From the NCBI RefSeq assembly GCF_018350175.1, contig NC_058368.1, positions 232,750,001-232,814,000 of the forward strand: a stretch of DNA of 64,000 nucleotides, in the 5' to 3' direction. This document shows, piece after piece, positions 12,315 to 26,157 of the stretch. The notes under the pieces are model-generated. The model was not told the origin of the DNA. It worked only from the letters and a program-made list of their open reading frames with translations, and searched no databases. The translations under genes and the position numbers were made by a program. Position 1 is the first letter of the stretch. Every line of letters starts with the position of its first letter. Origin of the DNA: Felis catus. Lineage: Eukaryota.

Positions 12315-12955
12315 AAATGACAGTCTTTTGATGCATAAAGTTTTATTATCTATAAAGTTCAATTGCAGGACTTTATCATTTGCATTTTCTCATGATTCAT
12401 AGTAAGTTGGCTGTGACTATGCCCGTCTGGGGCCCCGGTTATTTTCACCATCTACATCACGGCCGTGTGGCCTTGACACATGGCCACGCCCAACAACACG
12501 TGCTCTCAGAGAGACCTGAGCTGAGGGTCCCTACTCTGGCATATGCATGCTGTGCGAGACACCCCCTCCTGCGTTCAGTCCACAGGGTCCGGGCAGTGAT
12601 GGCCCCAAACTTCTGTCCCATTAGTGCTTCTGAGCCATGTCATTAGAGGAGACAGATGAGTTCTCTATTCCCACTCTGGGGATGCTACAATTAATTAGCA
12701 TGCGGTAGTCCTGTCTGGGACGTCCACTGCACAGATGACCAACAGCGTAGCTACCAATGGAGAACAACCGATGAGCAGCTACCGATGGCGGTCAGCTTCT
12801 TTCGTGGGACCACTGCTGCTTTCATGGGACTTTCAGAATGATGGCTTTCTGCTTCCAGCATCCTCCTGTGCTCATGGAGCCCAGTCCCTTGGGTATCAGC
12901 CAGTGAAGTCTCCTGATAAGTGTCTCTTACTCCAACTGATAATCATTAGTTTCTC

Positions 12956-13163
12956 GGGGCGCCTGGGTGGCTCAGTCCCTTAAGCGTCCAACTCTTGATT
13001 TTGGCTCAGGTCATGATCTCGCGGGTTGGTGAGATCGAGCCTCTCATCAGGCTCTGCACTGACAGCGTGGAGCCTGCTTGAGGTTCTCTCTTTCTTTCTC
13101 CCTCTCTCTGCCCCTCCCCCCACTCACCCTTTCTCTCAAAATAACTAAGTAAACTTAAAAAAA
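12956..13163 (+). mobile_element. CAN-SINE
   Basis: TSD ATCATTAGTTT(C/T)TC. Confidence 0.93.
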
Positions 13164-14176
13164 TCTATCATTAGTTTTTCAAGTTGAGTTCATGACCATC
13201 ATCACATTCAACTGCCCTCTAAAGTGTCTAAATTCTATTCAGTGCAAACCACTGGAAAAGAAACATCTGGGGTGAGTGATCTACATTAAATTTCAATTTT
13301 TTTTTCATGATTGAAAACAAAACCTAATGGGGACACTTTCACTCCATAGGTTAAATCATTCTCTGTTATGTGTCATTTTGTTCTGAAAGCGAACATGAAA
13401 AAAAATTGCCCTGATCCTGTTAGAAATGCATGGCTGGAAAATCATTATGATCCAGGACCCCTGGGCCAATCAATAACTAGATTTAATTGGGCTCAAATTT
13501 TTAAAAATGAGTGCGCACATAATGTCAGACATCTGTCAGGGTTTCATTTCTCTACCTCCTTTGCTCCTCAGTGGAATTAGGTGAAAAGTCCGGGAGAAAA
13601 GCAAGTATCTTCGACATATCTTGGAAGGCTGATTCCAACTCCCTTGACATTGGAAGCTTAAAAAAAAAAATAGAGGTTACTGGAGACATGAAGTCAATGA
13701 GCTGGAGCTTTTATACCGTTGGCATTTGTTATCTGTATATGGATGCTGTCTTCAGAATACTCAGTAAACGTTTGGTTGATATGACTGCGATTTGATTATC
13801 AGAAATTTCCAGACTTAACTGCTTTGGCTGTATATAGGATTTCTTGAAACATTACCAGAGCCATTTATTTAACCCACTTCATCTTCTGTGAAGACTACTG
13901 TTATTATTGAGTACATTATGAGCTAGTGTCTCATTATTACCATTTAATATGATACTGAGAGCAGCATGTAGGACTCGATACACAAATGACATAATGTGAC
14001 CTTCAGTGAAATCACTCTACGTGGCATTAAGATTTTCTTCTGTTTGCAACATCTGGCAGAGCTTTAGATATAGATAGACCTTTGTTGACCAAAAAAAACC
14101 AAACAAAAACAAAAAAACAAACAAAAAAAACTAAGTTAATTTGTATATTCTTCATCATTTAAAATCTTGAGAATTT

Positions 14177-14401
14177 TTTAAATGTAATTATTGTCAAATT
14201 GGTTTCCATACAACACCCAGTGCTCATCCCAACAAGTGCCCTCCTCAGTGCCCATCACCCACTTTCCCCTCTCCCCCACTCCCCATCAACCCTCAGTTTG
14301 TTCTCGGTCCTTAAGAGTCTCTTATGGTTTGCCTCCCTCTCTCTCTGTAACTTTTTTTCCCCCCTTCCCCTCCCCCATGGTCTTCCGTTGAGTAAAGACA
14401 G
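14177..14401 (-). mobile_element. 5'-truncated carnivore/felid L1 3' end with TSD
   Basis: CAACACCCAGTGCTCATCCCAACAAGTGCCCTCCTCA... flanked by a perfect 16-bp direct repeat AAAATCTTGAGAATTT (14161-14176 / 14402-14417). Confidence 0.88.
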
Positions 14402-14477
14402 AAAATCTTGAGAATTTCTATTTTGAAAGCTGTACTTGTTGGTAAGTGTTAGTATTGGAAGTCCTGCGGGAACGTTC

Positions 14478-14701
14478 GGCGCCCGGGTGGCTCAGTCGGT
14501 TGAGCAACCGACTTCGGTTCAGGTCATGATCTCATGGTTTGTAAGTTCGAGCCCCACATCGTGCTCTATGCTGACAGGTTAGAGCCTGGAGCCTGCTTCG
14601 GATTCTGTGTCTCCCTCTCTTTCTGCCCCTCCCCTGCTTGCCCTCTGTCTCTCTCTCTCTCTCTCTCTCTTAAAAATAAACATTAAAAAAACTTAAAAAA
14701 A
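14478..14701 (+). mobile_element. CAN-SINE
   Basis: Head, (CT)n and tail; TSD core GAAGTCCT. Confidence 0.93.
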
Positions 14702-15474
14702 AGAAGTCCTACAGAAGCACAGAGGTACAATTCTGAAATCAGCTTCACTAAGTATCACAACGATTGTCTAGTTAAAGGCCAGGTTAATGTTTGACAATCG
14801 GAAATAGAAATAATACTTTTAAGCAGCTCGCACAAACATTATGGTAGTATGTAGTTCTATAAATGTATTTCCAGCTAGATAGGATGATATCACAGGGTTC
14901 TGGAAAATGGTAAATAAACAAGGAAGATGGTTGAAACTCCTGGGAATCTCCCTCAAAAGACAGCACATACAGACCAGGTTCTTTCTTATCAGTCTCTTTT
15001 CTTCTCCCTGCTTGTATGAAAGCCAACGTAACTACTCAAGTAACCAGCATATGGACTGTGCAATCGAGGACAACCCCTTAGGGCTAACAGAGCATAATAA
15101 TGGAAGAAATCTTAGACTCTGATAGAATCATACAACTGTAAGAACATCCCTGCTCCCAGCAATCTGATAAATTCTTTCCTGTGTATTTAAGCCGGTATGA
15201 AATTTAGTTTTTAGATGCATACAGTTGAACCTAACCTCTGTTAATATGCGGGTAGGGAATTGTAAGTAAATATCTTTTCATCCTACCTTTTAATGTTGTA
15301 GCATAAGAATGTGATCCCAAGAGAGGTGGCAGCTGTTTTGTAGCCATGAGGAGTCAGACATGAGATGGAGATATCCTCACTGAAATAGGTAAACAGGACA
15401 TAGAACCTGAAACACTTGCATAAGCATAAGCAGCAAAAGCCAGCTCTCAGAGGCGCTCCTGGGAAACATTTTTA

Positions 15475-15686
15475 AGGAATTTTTTAATGTTTTTATTTAT
15501 TTTTGAGAGAGACAGAGCACTAGCAGGGGAGGGGCAGAGAGAGAGAGAGAGACACGGAATCCGAAGCAGGCTCCAGGCTCCGAGCTGTCAGTACAGAGCC
15601 CTATGTGGGGCTCGAACCCATAAACCATAAGATCATGACCTGAGCTGAAGTCAGATGCTTAACCGACTGAGCCACCCAGGCACCCC
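15475..15686 (-). mobile_element. CAN-SINE
   Basis: Perfect 18-bp TSD TCCTGGGAAACATTTTTA (15457-15474 / 15687-15704). Confidence 0.95.
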
Positions 15687-16372
15687 TCCTGGGAAACATT
15701 TTTATTCCATCTGTTGTAGTCTCAGAGACAATATCTGTGTATCTGACATAGCGATGTCTCTAAAGGTGGAGGTTATTTAAAGGGCATTTATAATTCTCAA
15801 GCCTCCTTGCATTGGGTAGGGTCTTGGAAGGAGCACTGGCCAATGAAAGTTGAGCAGGAGGGTCGTGCTTCCTCACTTCTTCCTGGCTACATAGCAAAGA
15901 GTCCGTCTTGATCCCAGTCTCTGCTTTCTCCTTCTGCCACCAGGCTGAGAGGGTCACATGGTCTGCATAGCGGGATTTCCGTGATGAGGGCCGAGACCGC
16001 TTGCCAACCCACAGGGAATATGTTTTGGGATTGAGAAGTATACTTCTGTGATATGAAGCCCTGGAAATGTCGGGGCTATATCAGCATAACCTTGACCTGG
16101 ATGCATACATTAAGTAGCCATATTGATGTTAATAAAAATGTTACCTGTGCTGACAATTGCAAGTCCAAATAGCTCAAAAAACTATAATGAATAAAAACTC
16201 CAAGTTAAATCTCCTCATAAAACTAACCACCACTTGGGTTTCTAATGTCTCCATTCAGAACAATATTTCCTGCCACTACAAATCTATGTGACTTTTTTTC
16301 TTCTCAAAATTGTTACAAACATAAAATCAAACTCCACACACTTCTGCCTTGTTCTTTTCTAAAATAGTCCTG

Positions 16373-16573
16373 GGGGCGCCTGGGTGGCTCAGTCAGTTAA
16401 GCGTCCGACTTCAGGTCAAGTCACGATCTCACAGTTCATGAGTTCGAGCCCCGCGTCGGGCTCTGTGCTGACAGCTCAGAGCCCGGAGCTGCTTCAGATT
16501 CTGTGTCTCTGTCTCTCTCTGTCTCTCTAAAATAAATAAAAACATTAGAAAATAAAATAAAATAAAATAAAAT
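16373..16573 (+). mobile_element. CAN-SINE
   Basis: TSD AAAATAGTCCTG; (AAAAT)n tail. Confidence 0.95.
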
Positions 16574-17017
16574 AAAATAGTCCTGTATCTTGGCCATGTA
16601 GTTCTATCTCACTCTTCAAAAAAAAAAAAAAAATTACTCTGCACAGGTAAAACATAGTTAACCAGGTAACTGTGGAAATTTTAAGGTAAGACACCAGTGA
16701 CCTCCGCAGCATCCGAATGTAACAGACTTCTGGGCGCAGGATTTTATTGCCCTTTGAAGCACGTCTCGCGGTGACGATCCACCCCACGTGTTCAGGACGG
16801 AGCCACACCTCAGATCAGTGGCTGAGGGTCTGCCTGATCTGGCTCTGATGTGTGTGTGTCTCTGCAGGCTTTTGGATCAATTATTTTAAATTATTTTTCT
16901 TAGCTCCTGGCAAGTGTTTAAACAGGTTCTTATATTAATCTTCAGCATTAAAAATCAATCACTATAAATGAAGGACCCATTACTGGAGCTGAAGTAGACT
17001 AGTGAAGTAGACAATGA

Positions 17018-17230
17018 GGGGCCCCTGGGTGGCTCAGTCGGTTGGGCATCCAACTTCAGCTCAGGTCATGATCTCACGGTTCATGAGTTCAGGCCCTGCA
17101 TCGGGCTCTGTGCTAGCAGCTCAGAGCCTGGAGCCTGTTTCAGATTCTGCGTCTCCCTCTCTCTGCCCCTTCCCTGCTTGCACTCTGTCTCTCTCTGTCT
17201 CTCAAAAATGAACAAATGTAAAAAAAAAAA
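17018..17230 (+). mobile_element. CAN-SINE
   Basis: Head, (CT)n and A tail. Confidence 0.93.
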
Positions 17231-20200
17231 TTTTTTTTGAGATTATTCTGAGTACAAACTTCCCAGCTCATGCCACCCAAAGGAAATGGAAAACCTGAGA
17301 AAGCAAGAAATGAGTTCCAGAGGGAAAGCCACTGAGAAACTTGAAGATTCGTACAAAGTCAGGGTGGAAGAAATGATTAGGACTCACTCTAAGGTTCGGG
17401 AGGTTGCCTAGATCTGGATTGCAGGCAGAGCCAGCTACAGAATCTGTGGGGCCCTGTGCACTGCTAAAGTCATGGCTCCTGAGGCCTGCCCTGACCCCAG
17501 GATGCCCCGGCAGGATTTAAGGGAGCTTGGGAGCTCACACAGGCATGGGCCAGATCTCCTTTGAAGAAACACAGAACCAAAACAAAGAAGTCCTCGCCAG
17601 TTGCTTTAATGCTCCCTCTAGATCTAGCAGAGGCACATCTCCGCCCTCAACCCTACATTTCCTGCCCTAATATGAAAGTCGACGGGGGGTATTAACCCCA
17701 CGGAGGTGAGAGAACTTCTCCTTACAACCCAGGTAATCTGCAGGAGCAAAGTGCCTCATTAACCTGGTTGCTTAAGGACGCTAAACTGTAGGAGCACTTA
17801 AGAAAAGGGGCAGGGGAAATAAGGAATTAAAAAAAGGATGGCTAATAGCATTTGGACTGAACCAAGCCACAGGGACACAGCCCTTTGAGGCTACATGCAC
17901 AGGAGGCAAAGGGCCTCTAAATGAGCTGGGCATTCCGAAGAACAAATGTGATCCCTGAAGTGTACTGAAAGGAAAAGCTGCACGACTGTGACAAATAACA
18001 TAATTCACAAACGGGAAGAGATTCTACCCCTGCAAATGTTCTAGCTATGTGATTCAGTCATCAGGCTTCTCCAGGGTAACTGTGTGACCACCCCTCCACC
18101 CCCTGTGGGCTCCTCCAGCAAGTGGCTTCCACAATGATACAGTGTGTACATAATTCACCTGCTTGTATATAACAGAACTCAGGAAAATCCATCCCTCATT
18201 AGCACTTGGGTTGATTTCAGTCTTTTGTGTCTAAAAGGTAAGTTATTATCACCTCTTGGCATTATTTAGTCTCTTTAGCCTGACAACGTTCTGTATTTTC
18301 CAGTAACATTTGGCAAAGATGGTTGGTAGAAACACACCCTCTTCATCGGAAGATCAGTAAGTTGGCAGTAAGCAAGCTTAAAGCTGAATCTTGAACGGAC
18401 ACCACTCGATTTTAGTTTCTAAGGTTAGCATCGCTCCTTGTGACAGACACATGCTACTTTTTCAGGGGCTGCTGCTGCTGGTTTGTGTCCAAAAGGTCCA
18501 TGGGGTAGGATCTGGAAGCGAAGGAAGTATAAGAAGACACTGCTTTGTCTACTGACAAGTCCTCATCTTGGGTGGGTGGGCCATCATGGGACTCTTGGGG
18601 AGAGGCTCTGTTTTGTTTTCTTTCGTTTCGCCATGGTGAGCTCTCTTGCACATAGAAAACATTTCTGTTTTACCACCAATGACCCTCTGGACACGGGCCC
18701 CAAATGGGTCATACCTGCTACTCTTACAAGCAAAAAGAGTTCAGTGGGGCCTGATGTGTGCCCCCTGGAAGGTCAGGGAGCATCCATGTCTGACTTCAAG
18801 AAATCACATCACACAAGGGAGACTGAGCTCTGAAGATTGCATGACCTGTGTCACAAAGATGGTGTTGGCCATCTTTCACAGAGGGTTGAGACTGGTCATG
18901 GAACAGATGCCCAAGATTCTGCAGACAACTTTCGGGCTTGAAAGCACACAGGGGACACCCTCTTTCCCAAATACTATCACAAGTGTTAAGTCAGGATGGG
19001 AAGGCAGGTGCCTTGGAATTAAGGAGACAGAGCAGCCAATTGTGGACAGGAGTCAAGAATACAAGAGTAAATCAGTGAAAGACAGAAGAGCAAAGAGATT
19101 TTGACTCATTGCATGGTAGAGGTTGCTGTATAAGGCAATCTTCTCAGGAGAGGTGTTAGGAGAATTGAAAATTCACACAATCATTCATCCTTAAATATGG
19201 CTTGACCTTCTCTGGGTCCCTTGAGCTCCTACCAGAGGTAAGTGCAGAGGGAAGTGGTAAATTGTCATTCAAAATGGGGCCCAAGTCTGGTAGAGAGAAT
19301 ATTAAATACATATTCACATATGATTCGATCGTGATGGCCCAATATCCAATAGCCACTTAATTCCCCACCACCCCATTCTCACTTAGATGCTGTGACATAT
19401 GGGGGCGTGCATATTGACTTAGAATGTCCCTTTGCCAATTATGTCATCATGTCTCCATCTGTAAAATGGATCTACTCATACTCACTTGGCTGATGAAAAT
19501 AAAGCACATGGAAAGTGCCCAGAATGCTGTCTGACACAGGGTCCGCACTGAAAACTTTATAGCTGATATTTTGCAGAACCCTTTGCTTTATTCCCCATTG
19601 TTTTATCCACCAATGTCTGGCAAGCTTACGACACTGGTTTTCACAGACAGACGTGAGGCTATAATGGGAAGAAAGGGACCAGATGTTGGGCGTCTTTGCC
19701 TAAGTCACTTACCACAAGACACCCTACAAGCAAGGTCTGGAGACGCGCTCTGCTACTCCAGGGAGAACTTGAGAGGTTGCCTATTTTCTGTTTGTCAGCA
19801 TTATCATCAAGAGAATGGGTATTTCTTTGTGTTGCATTGCTATAAATGGAAACCTTAAGGGACTCAGGCCTGATAAGTCCCTCTAGATGTTTCTGGGATC
19901 AGGACACACATTCAGACCCTGCTCCTTCCTGGTGCTTCCTACCCAATAGTCAATGACACAGGAGAGAAGTGCCCGTCCCTGGACGTGCTAACTGTAACTC
20001 ACCACTTGGAATGCATGCTTATTCACACTGTCCCCAACCACCTTGTTGGAAGAATGGTGTCTAAGGAAGCATGGCTTTACATCCTTTCATATGAACTCAC
20101 GAAAGGAGCAAAGGATTGTTATGGAGTCTCCTCCCTAAGGAGAGGGAAAAAAAAAAGACAGGGGAAAAAAAAAGAACGAAAACCTCAAGATCAAGATCAC

Positions 20201-20694
20201 TTGGCTATGCACATATGTGACAACATCCTTCATGACCTTGTAACATGAGACCACTTAATCGGACTACATTGCAGAGAACTTACAATACAGTCTTATACAG
20301 TTATGCGCACACAGCTTAAAAATTCATTTAAAAAATGAATTCGAAAAGCTCGCTTCGTCTAGACGGCAGTTTTGAGCAATGCCTCTTTCACTTGGGTTCC
20401 ATCACAAGCGTTGTCGATTATTATTATTTTCCAGATACACAAAGACACACACAAAAGTATTTTATACTTGCTGGTCATCAAGCCTGTACAGACCCACAAG
20501 CTATGGGAATTTTTCCGGCAGGCCAAGCCCAAACCAAATGTGAACCAGCCCTGACCAAGGTTTTGGAAATCCTTGGGTTCCTGAACCAGGGACACTTGTC
20601 ATGACCCGGGGGAAATCCTTGTGTCTCAGTGACCACTGAGCTATGCTGTCTGTCTTCATCTGTTGGTTTCCAAGTTCCTTGGGGGCTTCCCAGG

Positions 20695-21125
20695 TGTAAT
20701 CTGAAGTTGGACCCTGTACTCAGAGGGCAGGGAGACACATAAGACAGAAACAGACCCTCCAGGATGGCAGGCAACAGTTTAATAAGCAAAGGGAACTGAT
20801 ATTTGAGGCTTATCTGGGGCAGCCCCAAGCCCCAAACATTTAGGAAGAGATCTTAACTGGATTCAGTCACGTATGCTGTGCAGGGAGGTGTTCTCAAGGC
20901 CACATCATTATCTCAGGGCTGTGAACTTGGAGCAGCCTCCGGGCGCAGGAAAGGCAAGCGGAACCCACATTCCGGAGCTAGGGGCGGGGGACGAAGAGCC
21001 TCCCAGTACCCGGATCCATCAGAGTTTGTGTCTTTTCAGTGACCTTCCCCAAACTGTCTCTGCAATGTCATCCAGTTCGGCCAATGGGACGATTGGGGTT
21101 TGACTGAGTTTCTCTAAAGGACACA
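20695..21125 (-). mobile_element. Probable LTR fragment
   Basis: Begins TGTAAT, ends ...ACA; contains GTTTAATAAGCAAAGGGAAC (reverse ATTAAA signal). Confidence 0.35.
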
Positions 21126-21155
21126 CTATGCCCCTGCATTCGTTAGTTGGGCCCC

Positions 21156-21497
21156 TTAATCTGCCTGGGCTGCTGTACCAAAATGCCATAGACTAGTGGC
21201 TCGTAAACAACAGAAATTTACTTGTTACAGTTCTGGAGCCTGGAAGTCCAAGGTCAAGGGGTCCGCAGATTCGGTGTCTGGTGAAGACTTGACTCCTGGT
21301 TCAGGGATGGCTTATCTTTTCACTGTGTCCTGCCATGGCAGACAGGCAAGGGTGCTCTCTGGGGTCTGTTTATAAGGGCATTAATCCTGTTCATGGTTTG
21401 ATCACCTCCCAAAGGCCTCACCTCCAAATAACAGTACAGTGGATATTTGGTTTCAACATACGAATTCTGGGGAAGGACACAAACATTCAATGTGTAG
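21156..21497 (-). mobile_element. MLT1A-like LTR
   Basis: GGGCTGCTGTACCAAAATGCCATAGACTAGTGGC ... ACAGTTCTGGAGCCTGGAAGTCCAAGGTCAAGG ... GGACACAAACATTCA. Confidence 0.8.
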
Positions 21498-21852
21498 CTC
21501 TAGGGCTGTCGAAACAGAGGATCGGAGACAGGGTGGCTCGAGCAACAGGCATTTAGATCCTCAACAGTCTGGTCGCAGGAAATCTGAGCGAGATCCCGGT
21601 GTGGGCAAGGCTGGCTTCTTCTGAAGCCTCTCTCCTCCGCCTGCAGTTAAATGAGTCCTCTCATGCTTGTCTTTCTTTGTGTGTCTGCCTCCTAATGTCC
21701 TCTTACGAGGACGCCAGACAAATTGAGTCTGGGTCTACTCTAGTGACCTCTTTTTACCTCAATGGCCTCTTGAAAGGTTCCATCTCCAAATCGAGTCACA
21801 TTCTGAGGTATTCAACAGAAGGATTTGAGGGGACACGGTTCAGTCAAACAGC
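21498..21852 (-). mobile_element. MLT1B-like LTR directly adjacent to the previous LTR
   Basis: CTAGGGCTG ... CTTCTTCTGAAGCCTCTCTCC ... ATCTCCAAAT ... GTCACATTCTGAGGTA ... GGGGACACGGTTCAG. Confidence 0.7.
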
Positions 21853-22314
21853 CCCCACAGAGAGAAAAAGAGCCTGCCCAACGCCCGTCACTCATCCCTA
21901 CACTGCGGAACCCTAGGCGGCTCCTGACCACAGTGTGAACATCATCTTCACAGCTGACTGTCCTTTCTCCTTTACCTCTCTCAGTCCTGGGTTTCTACCT
22001 CAGAAATTACTGGGTTCTGGACCGTGTCCTCTCTCCACATGAACGCCGTGGGGGCCCCGGTCCTCGTGTCTCTCACTTGTGCTATGGCACCAGCACCTCA
22101 GTCCCGTGACCAATGTGACCACCCCTCTTCTAAAGTGGTCCCAAAGTCATCGTCCCTGAATCATCTCATCAAGCTCTGATTCTGAGCCCATCGTGAAAAT
22201 ATTATCGGTAGTCCATTAAAATAAGAACTCTCCCAGATGACGAAAAAATACCTCACAGCTTTGCTCCTATTTCCTTCAATCACCCACCCACCTCTTCTAA
22301 CCTATTGTCCATTA

Positions 22315-22600
22315 CAGTGAGGATAAGGCTCCTCCTCTGGGGAGACAGAACCCAAATTAAATGGCTTTAAAAAGACAGCAATTTCTCTCACATATAAATG
22401 CCCTACAACAGGTGATCCCGGGCTGGTAGAGCACTTTGCCATCATGTTCTTTCATGTTTGATGCCTTGTAGCCCAAGGGTTTGGTTCTAAGCCTCATGGT
22501 CCAAGATGGCGGCAATAACCCCAGCCTTAATATCTGACTTCTGCACCACGGGGTGGTTGGGAACCCATTGTTGGAGACAGAATGGGTGGTCTTCCTGCCA
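22315..22600 (-). mobile_element. Old MLT1 LTR fragment
   Basis: AACCCAAATTAAATGGCTTTAAAAAGAC ... TTTCTCTCACATA ... CCTCATGGTCCAAGATGGC. Confidence 0.5.
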
Positions 22601-23041
22601 GTAACATGAAAACCGCTTCTTACAATATGAATGGGTACACGTGGGTTAGGCGACAGGATTACAAAATAAATAACAGGCTCTCTGCTCACAAGGGGCCTCA
22701 CCTTGTTGACAGAGATTTGATAATTTGCAGAACAGCAAGACAAGTGCTGAAAACTCATCCGAGAGGAAGTCAGTCACATTGAAGCCATGTGGAGTGCTGG
22801 CTCCACGATCTCAGGCAACTTACACTCTTCGGGACTGAGTTTTGACATCTGTAAAATAATAATAATGACAGCACTCACTTTACGGGGATGCCATGACAAT
22901 GGTACCAAGCTATTGTCAAAGGAGTGCAAGTGGAAGTGTGTGTGGCAGGCTCTAGGGGCCTGATTTTTGTTTCTGTCTGTGTTTCCCTGGATCCCAGACT
23001 CCCTCCCCTCCCCTGAATCCCTCTGGCCCTACTCCTCCACA

Positions 23042-23506
23042 TGGGGTAGCTGAACGTTGGTCCCCAAAGATCACTAGGTCCTGTTCATCTCTGAACTTGT
23101 GAAGATGAACTTGCATGTTAAAAGGAGCCTGGCAGGTTGGATGAAGTGAAAGATCTTGAGATACGGAGATTAGTTTGGATTCTCCGGGTGGGTCCAACAC
23201 AACCAAAAGGCTCCTTGTCAAAGAGAGACTGATAGGTCAGAATAGAAAGAAGGAGGCCTCATGACTGAGCAAGAGGTTGGAGTGAGGTGAAGAAGGGCTC
23301 GGGCAACAGAGAATACAGCCACGGAAGCTGAGGATTCAGGGAAAAGATTTTCCCCTCGAGCTTCTAGAAGACACCAGCCTTCCTGGCACATTCCTTTTAG
23401 CCCAGTGAGGCTGATTTCTGACTCGTGACTTCAGCGCTCTATTGTGAGTTGTTCTAAGCCACAAAGTTTGTGGTAATCCATCGCAGCAGCCATGGACGTA
23501 CTGACA
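23042..23506 (+). mobile_element. MLT1 (MLT1D-like) LTR
   Basis: TGGTCCCCAAAGAT ... GATCTTGAGATACGGAGATT ... TAAGCCACAAAGTTTGTGGTAAT ... GCAGCAGCCAT ... CTGACA. Confidence 0.75.
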
Positions 23507-25299
23507 TGTGTACTTCGTGAAGGCACCGTGCTTTCAGGAAATAAATGAGCTTGTGAGGAAATGTATCAAAGCACGAGTCTGGGCAAAAGCTGTCCGTGTT
23601 CATCCTTCTGCCGGGAGCTCCGGGGCAGCGATGGTGGTGACCAGCTGCTGTGGATCAGAAGTGACTGAGATGTGGCTTCCGTCTCTGACAGACGCACATC
23701 GGTCACATCCTTGCCAGAAAAAGAGAATAAAGTACACAAATGAGGGCCACAATGAGGAAGTGGAAGGAGCCACACACAAATCAGAGTAGGAAGGCATGTC
23801 TGTCCAGAATAGTAAGAAAAGTTCCCCGAGAACTCGCCTGGAGACAGGGGATCAGAGCCTTCGCTTACATGAAACGAAAAGCCACTCTGGCTAATAAATG
23901 TGACAAAGACAAGCTGCTGTACGGGTGGAGGGGGAGGCAGCTCACAGAATAAACCGCCAGCCCAGAAAGGTGGTGAGCCTGGAGGCGGCCAGGGGCTGGG
24001 CTCAGCCACAGTGAAAGGAAAATCAATAGTCACATCGGGGTACCTGCCACTGGGGCGATTCACCTCAGTGGGGGAGCACAGTTTGTTCCTGGTGTCACCT
24101 GCTGAACAGACCCTTGGGAGAGTCCCCAAGTCCGCCTTGGGCCCCACACTGCCTGTTGGCAGGGTAATGGCTTCGCCGCGATCAATCATGATCCAAATGG
24201 TAGAGGGATGGGGTTGAGCATTTCCCAAACCAGAATTAGGATTCTATTCTCTGAAAATGAAAACGCATGTTGGACCTAGAAAAAAGGGCAGTTTCCCACT
24301 TGCGATGCGACGGGAAGGATTTTTTCCATCCGGCCATGGTGGCTATCATTCCAGGAACCAGGACGGAGGAACAGATGGACAATGACAGGTGACAGGAAGG
24401 GGATGGTGAGACCAGCTGGCCTGGAGTGTGATGGGAGCTAAGGCTGAAATTGCATGTTGGAGCCAGAGAGTGGAAAAGCATATCGCCGCCAGAAAAGGAG
24501 GTTCGATTTAATCTTGTAGACATGGGAGGCCATTTAAGGTATCTGATAATCATCGGTCTTATGTTATTTCAGTAGATGTTTGCAATATCCTAGGAAGGCA
24601 GGAAGGATGGGTGAGACTGACTGGTGAAGAGTCTGTGACAATTATCTTGGAAAGAGGTAATGAAGTCCTAAAAAAGGGTTGTGGAGCACTGAAAATCAAT
24701 TTCCTCAGTCAAGAGGAACTTATGCATTTTCTCCTCCCAAATGATGCATCTAATCTATTGTCCCAATTCAGGGCTGGTTAATCCTGCCACCTGGCCTTTG
24801 CACACCCAGAGCCACGCCTCTAGTGGCCTCCCCTGATCTGGGTAGGTGGGTGGAAATGCAGCCTCTATGACGGGAGACCTCATCCATGTAATAGCCAAGC
24901 TTCTGCAACAAGCATTAAAAGAAAGCAGGAAATATTGGAGACAAAAAAAATTCATCAAACATCCTTCAAAAGGATTGTATACTCTGAGGGTGATGGAGTA
25001 GGACCTACCAACAGGAGGCAGAGCAGAGAAGAAAGAGGGAATCATGAAACCTGTTTATTTTAACAGTCCTGGGGATCTACTTGCTGATTCCATTCACACT
25101 AAAGTGGCGTGCTCAATGTTTTCCAGAGCACGTTTCCTTCCAGAAGTCTCCATATGCACACATTGTAGGAACGGTGGACACCAGGTTTTCCCATGCCTTC
25201 CTGGCTGGCTGGCCACCAACCACAGAGGCCAGGGAGCCTCACGTTCCATCCTAGTCACCAGCAGAATCTCTTAGCACCCAACCATGCTGCTTCCTGCCA

Positions 25300-25541
25300 C
25301 ACATGTCCACATGAGAAATCATGCTTAGCTTCATGGCAGCCATCTTGGAATCATGACAGGGAGAGCCAAAGAATCATGGAGATGCTGACCACCAGTGACA
25401 GTCCTACCACTGTGGAAGAGTTAATACCATAGGGACCATATGTCTTTAGCTTTTGGAGAGATAAACAACGTATCCTTAGGATTCAGCCACCGTTTGTTGG
25501 GGTTCGTGTTGCCTGCCGTTGACTGCATCCTAATTGTCACA
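25300..25541 (+). mobile_element. Old MLT1 LTR fragment
   Basis: GGCAGCCATCTTGGAATCATGA ... AGCCACCGTTTGTTGGGGTT ... GCATCCTAATTG. Confidence 0.5.
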
Positions 25542-25929
25542 GTCCCAATCGAAGACTATTAAAAATGTATCGTTTACACACTTAAATCTGAACTGGCCCT
25601 CCTAAACAGCCTCTGGAGGTTGTAAAGGATTACTGAAACTGTAAAGGATTGTCATTGACTGTGTCCTTCTTCACCATTACTTCAAAGAGAAAGGGAGATC
25701 ATTTATAGAAATAATAAATGAGTATTATGCTTTAATTTCCAATATCTCCATCAAAATCCTCTTCTTACCTTTGATTTCAAATAGTTACTCAAATAAAATC
25801 GAATTTTTAACAAAACAACACGAAATGTATCAGTGGCTGATTATTTATTAGTCCGGTGTTCTTCCATCTTTAAAAAGCGTGATAAGCAATCTGCTCAGTA
25901 GCAGTGATACTGTCTTCCAGATTTTTTTT

Positions 25930-26157
25930 TTGTTCTTTTTAAAAAATTTTTGTTAATGTTTATTTATTTTTGAAGGAGAGAGAGACAGAGCACGAGTGGG
26001 GGAGGGGCAGAGAGAGAGGGAGACACAGGGTCGGAAGCAGGCTCCAGGCTCCGAACTGTCAGCACAGAGCCTGACGCGGGGCTCGAACTCATGGACCGCG
26101 AGGTCATGACCTGAGCCAAAGTCGGACGCTCAACCGACTGAGCTACCCAGGCGCTCC
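25930..26157 (-). mobile_element. CAN-SINE
   Basis: Full-length reverse copy. Confidence 0.93.

Noticed and set aside
23566..24228. 220-aa minus-strand ORF
   Set aside because: No recognisable motif and no convincing splice context; likely chance.
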